A DNA stretch of 64,000 bases from an uncultured Thiomicrospira sp. (GTDB taxonomy: Bacteria > Pseudomonadota > Gammaproteobacteria > CAKMZV01), in NCBI GenBank assembly GCA_965195345.1, contig OZ239628.1, positions 96,001 through 160,000 on the forward strand. The letters run 5' to 3'. Below the pieces are notes generated by a model, which made no database searches, was not told where the DNA came from, and saw only the letters and a list, made by a program, of their open reading frames with translations. The translations under genes were made by a program, and so were the position numbers. Positions within the stretch are counted from its first letter, which is position 1; each line of letters begins with the position of its first letter. This document shows, in pieces, positions 63,801 through 64,000 of this stretch.

Positions 63801-63969
63801 AGACGGCACCCTTACAGGCAACATCCCTACTGGAACAAACTCCCCTGCAGGAGCTCCTGCAAACACAACTTCTGGAACGGTTACCCTCACTGCAAACGAT
63901 CAATATTCTTTAACATATACTGAAAGTGGTCAGGACGGATTAGCAATAATCATTACAGCAATGGCGTAA
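57889..63969 (+). CDS. Giant RTX calcium-binding protein, probable T1SS-secreted adhesin/surface protein (2026 aa)
   Basis: No Sec signal; dozens of GGxGxDxx nonapeptides alternating with (I/F)EN(V/I)xG units; acidic and G/S/T/N/D-rich; C-terminal NIEILDL...NNLQL...LNI..D module typical of RTX secretion ends; directly after TolC. Confidence 0.9.
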   Translation: MELKSVVEYTDRGLKIAQPLENEKHLVYVRPGDNIELDFSDQDLAFYLVDGDVIVNSPQGGQLVFLQLGSLALNLDDAPTLIASAGDKIDILSRVEVSPLIDQEKDITDKFLELQAASEKHEVEEESLARQRELLEETLESIEQYVSQVSESAVAGPNDTDQSDGEQRSGDLSTVEFVQQTVSQEVRSSEATSIPEPQQIDVDSQSQTQSGEGEVDRVEQLPQLPVLNFSLNNAEVLHVAQRVTAVPGNPATTTILGGSGSLQGAVSPNLPDRIANETLGDTGSSSNQTIQTENNLFFNGSTAAQVISLNPSAPDGFDVQTISINGFPAGSIIYANDGTSSTPILNTALSPGADLTFQRITAGDTPSDTSISFLSNTDISFIIVYPQAQATTVPFSLTVNATATFNPSSGFDAPNVTTLTAQNTLSGIVQQQVVSATDLATADLVLSSVPTTNEVTTGSGDDTIFGGSVVDIINGGDGNDIFTTFEGQDTVDGGGGSDTLYYGIDGNFGYLPTTIGALNGVVIDMANPTANGSVAVAVGTGPDIDAIRNVENIVASFGNDTIRGDAADNTFRGLAGDDSLSGGLGNDTLDGGDGIDVVDFRDSATAISANISMTSNTSFSAGAINAASSTGQGTDSLIGIENIIGSSLADIIIGDAAANTISGSGGNDTILAGGGVDIIDADGELLRDLNNNGDTNDPLETAIAGNQDTIDYSWLPANMGGVDVNLSQQTGNNVTYLADTNTPGSVDQSGGTVSNFENIRGSQNNDVLTGDAGDNVFFASSGLDVIAGGDGTDTLDFSNNTITSSDDVFGDSTITSNIDLNNGSYTISASDGTTIAESTNVSNIENVIGTDGNDVISTSRNLIGNSTVISGGGNDTINASAGNNSIDGGTGIDTVNYLAFTATDAINVNLNTNIVDKETSGSDTLTSIENVTGTTNNDSFIGNAQANTFDGLGGNDTFNYSTSSSLTENNDTFMGGDGIDTVDFSSLAIPTGTRPSNQVVTDTILGNTVTTTLLDFNQNGIAVNLSNPDASGNSSVSVLSNTLALNGIEEIIGTGNGDILIGDTSSNTLIGNNGNDYLLGLSGSDSLSGGAGNDTLSGGAGNDILDGGVGQDWLIYNTSTSAINVNLQTSTVSSDGFGSIDTITGFENVLGGDFNDDITSASASTIVGGLGNDTVRVGVGATGTFSFYGDNVATLTDQTLMHQVDNTVNNNDVVDFSNSSQPLFVDLTSPLNQFLLGSRVDANGDGIFTDADITSPTGFAFGFESVTGTASNDILIGDLNNNILNGGDGDDTINGGAGNDTLRGGNGNDTLDLSASSEAQRIDLSSTVNQTTAFLTQDSYLGFENVNTGGNVDSIIGSSSDNIIFSGAGNDDISGSLGQDTIDGGTGVDQLSYALLNTAITANFATAPTNLQINGSTQTFSNIENLTTSQGNDTLTLGSNLMFVDGSAGNDTFNLQNAQGTVGVVLADGGTGTDTASFAQSIGQVTISAGGSTNALGISVSGSRYDIQDFETLILSNQNDTVQSIANFGSSLNIQSGQGNDTITGGSNNDTLDSGSGNDMIFASLGSDAIEGGIGTDTLSYANLTSTSTVALTAGASQVTVAGTNAFTDMLTNVESLVLGGGSDSINISGINGLGTVDAGGGQDSVSFASAVTTTDGANFSIASSNINLVNVENFNGSAQADTLDFGNISTGITVVGGDGNDTITGSSAQDILEGGAGSDIINAGGGGGTIFGGTADGDTITGSAMGGVGLLDTLSYSTPSFSSTTPTTSNFTATLDANTGTISDGIGTDTVNQAQGAIENFVFGSGNDIVNVDIDLINAAVDSGINQIDTGLNSALSPTNNGDEIRLTGDLVGGGATSINSSGIGANFTATMFQNIEILDLTDVTTNGNNNLQLDAEFLRNWTQDAATGTDGNTRVLNIFVDADTTLSFGSNATPPAGTGSDFYFYEDVGGTASNSLIGDLVNPTFLGNLDGTLTGNIPTGTNSPAGAPANTTSGTVTLTANDQYSLTYTESGQDGLAIIITAMA

Positions 63970-64000
63970 ATACAACATTAGCAACCCCCACGTACGTTTA

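Overview
Chromosomal window from what appears to be a low-GC, compact-genome marine Gammaproteobacterium (inferred from gene content such as lpxL, hslU-DUF971-ubiE-ubiJ and DUF2909/SURF1/DUF2970; not computed). It has three parts. (1) 1-22.9 kb is a methylated-amine catabolic island: Amt-family channel, TMAO demethylase Tdm, TmoXWV-like ABC transporter, Fhs, GmaS, MgsABC and a split MgdABCD. It also holds an extra FAD oxidoreductase, a second glutamine-synthetase-like ligase and a small unknown protein, but no recognisable dimethylamine-oxidising enzyme. A few accessory genes follow (methyltransferase, acid phosphatase, orphan Rieske oxygenase, MDR oxidoreductase). (2) 27.6-53.4 kb is housekeeping: lpxL, cytochrome oxidase assembly genes, proB-obgE-rpmA-rplU, uvrA, hslU, ubiE, rsmE, metK, hisBHAF, fldA, bioA, a frameshifted dtd pseudogene, a Bacteroidota-like topA, purE and ctpA. 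(3) 53.4-64 kb is the most striking locus: one MotA/ExbB/SiiB-like gene, TWO tandem MotB/SiiA-like genes (each with a W-P-x-x-V-D transmembrane motif and a degenerate OmpA-like domain), a TolC and a 2026-aa RTX protein. This reads as a candidate ion-driven, possibly heteromeric stator coupled to a type I secreted giant adhesin, resembling but distinct from Salmonella SiiABC-E. All assignments come from motif recognition by eye; no searches were run. No rRNA, tRNA, CRISPR array or IS element was recognised.
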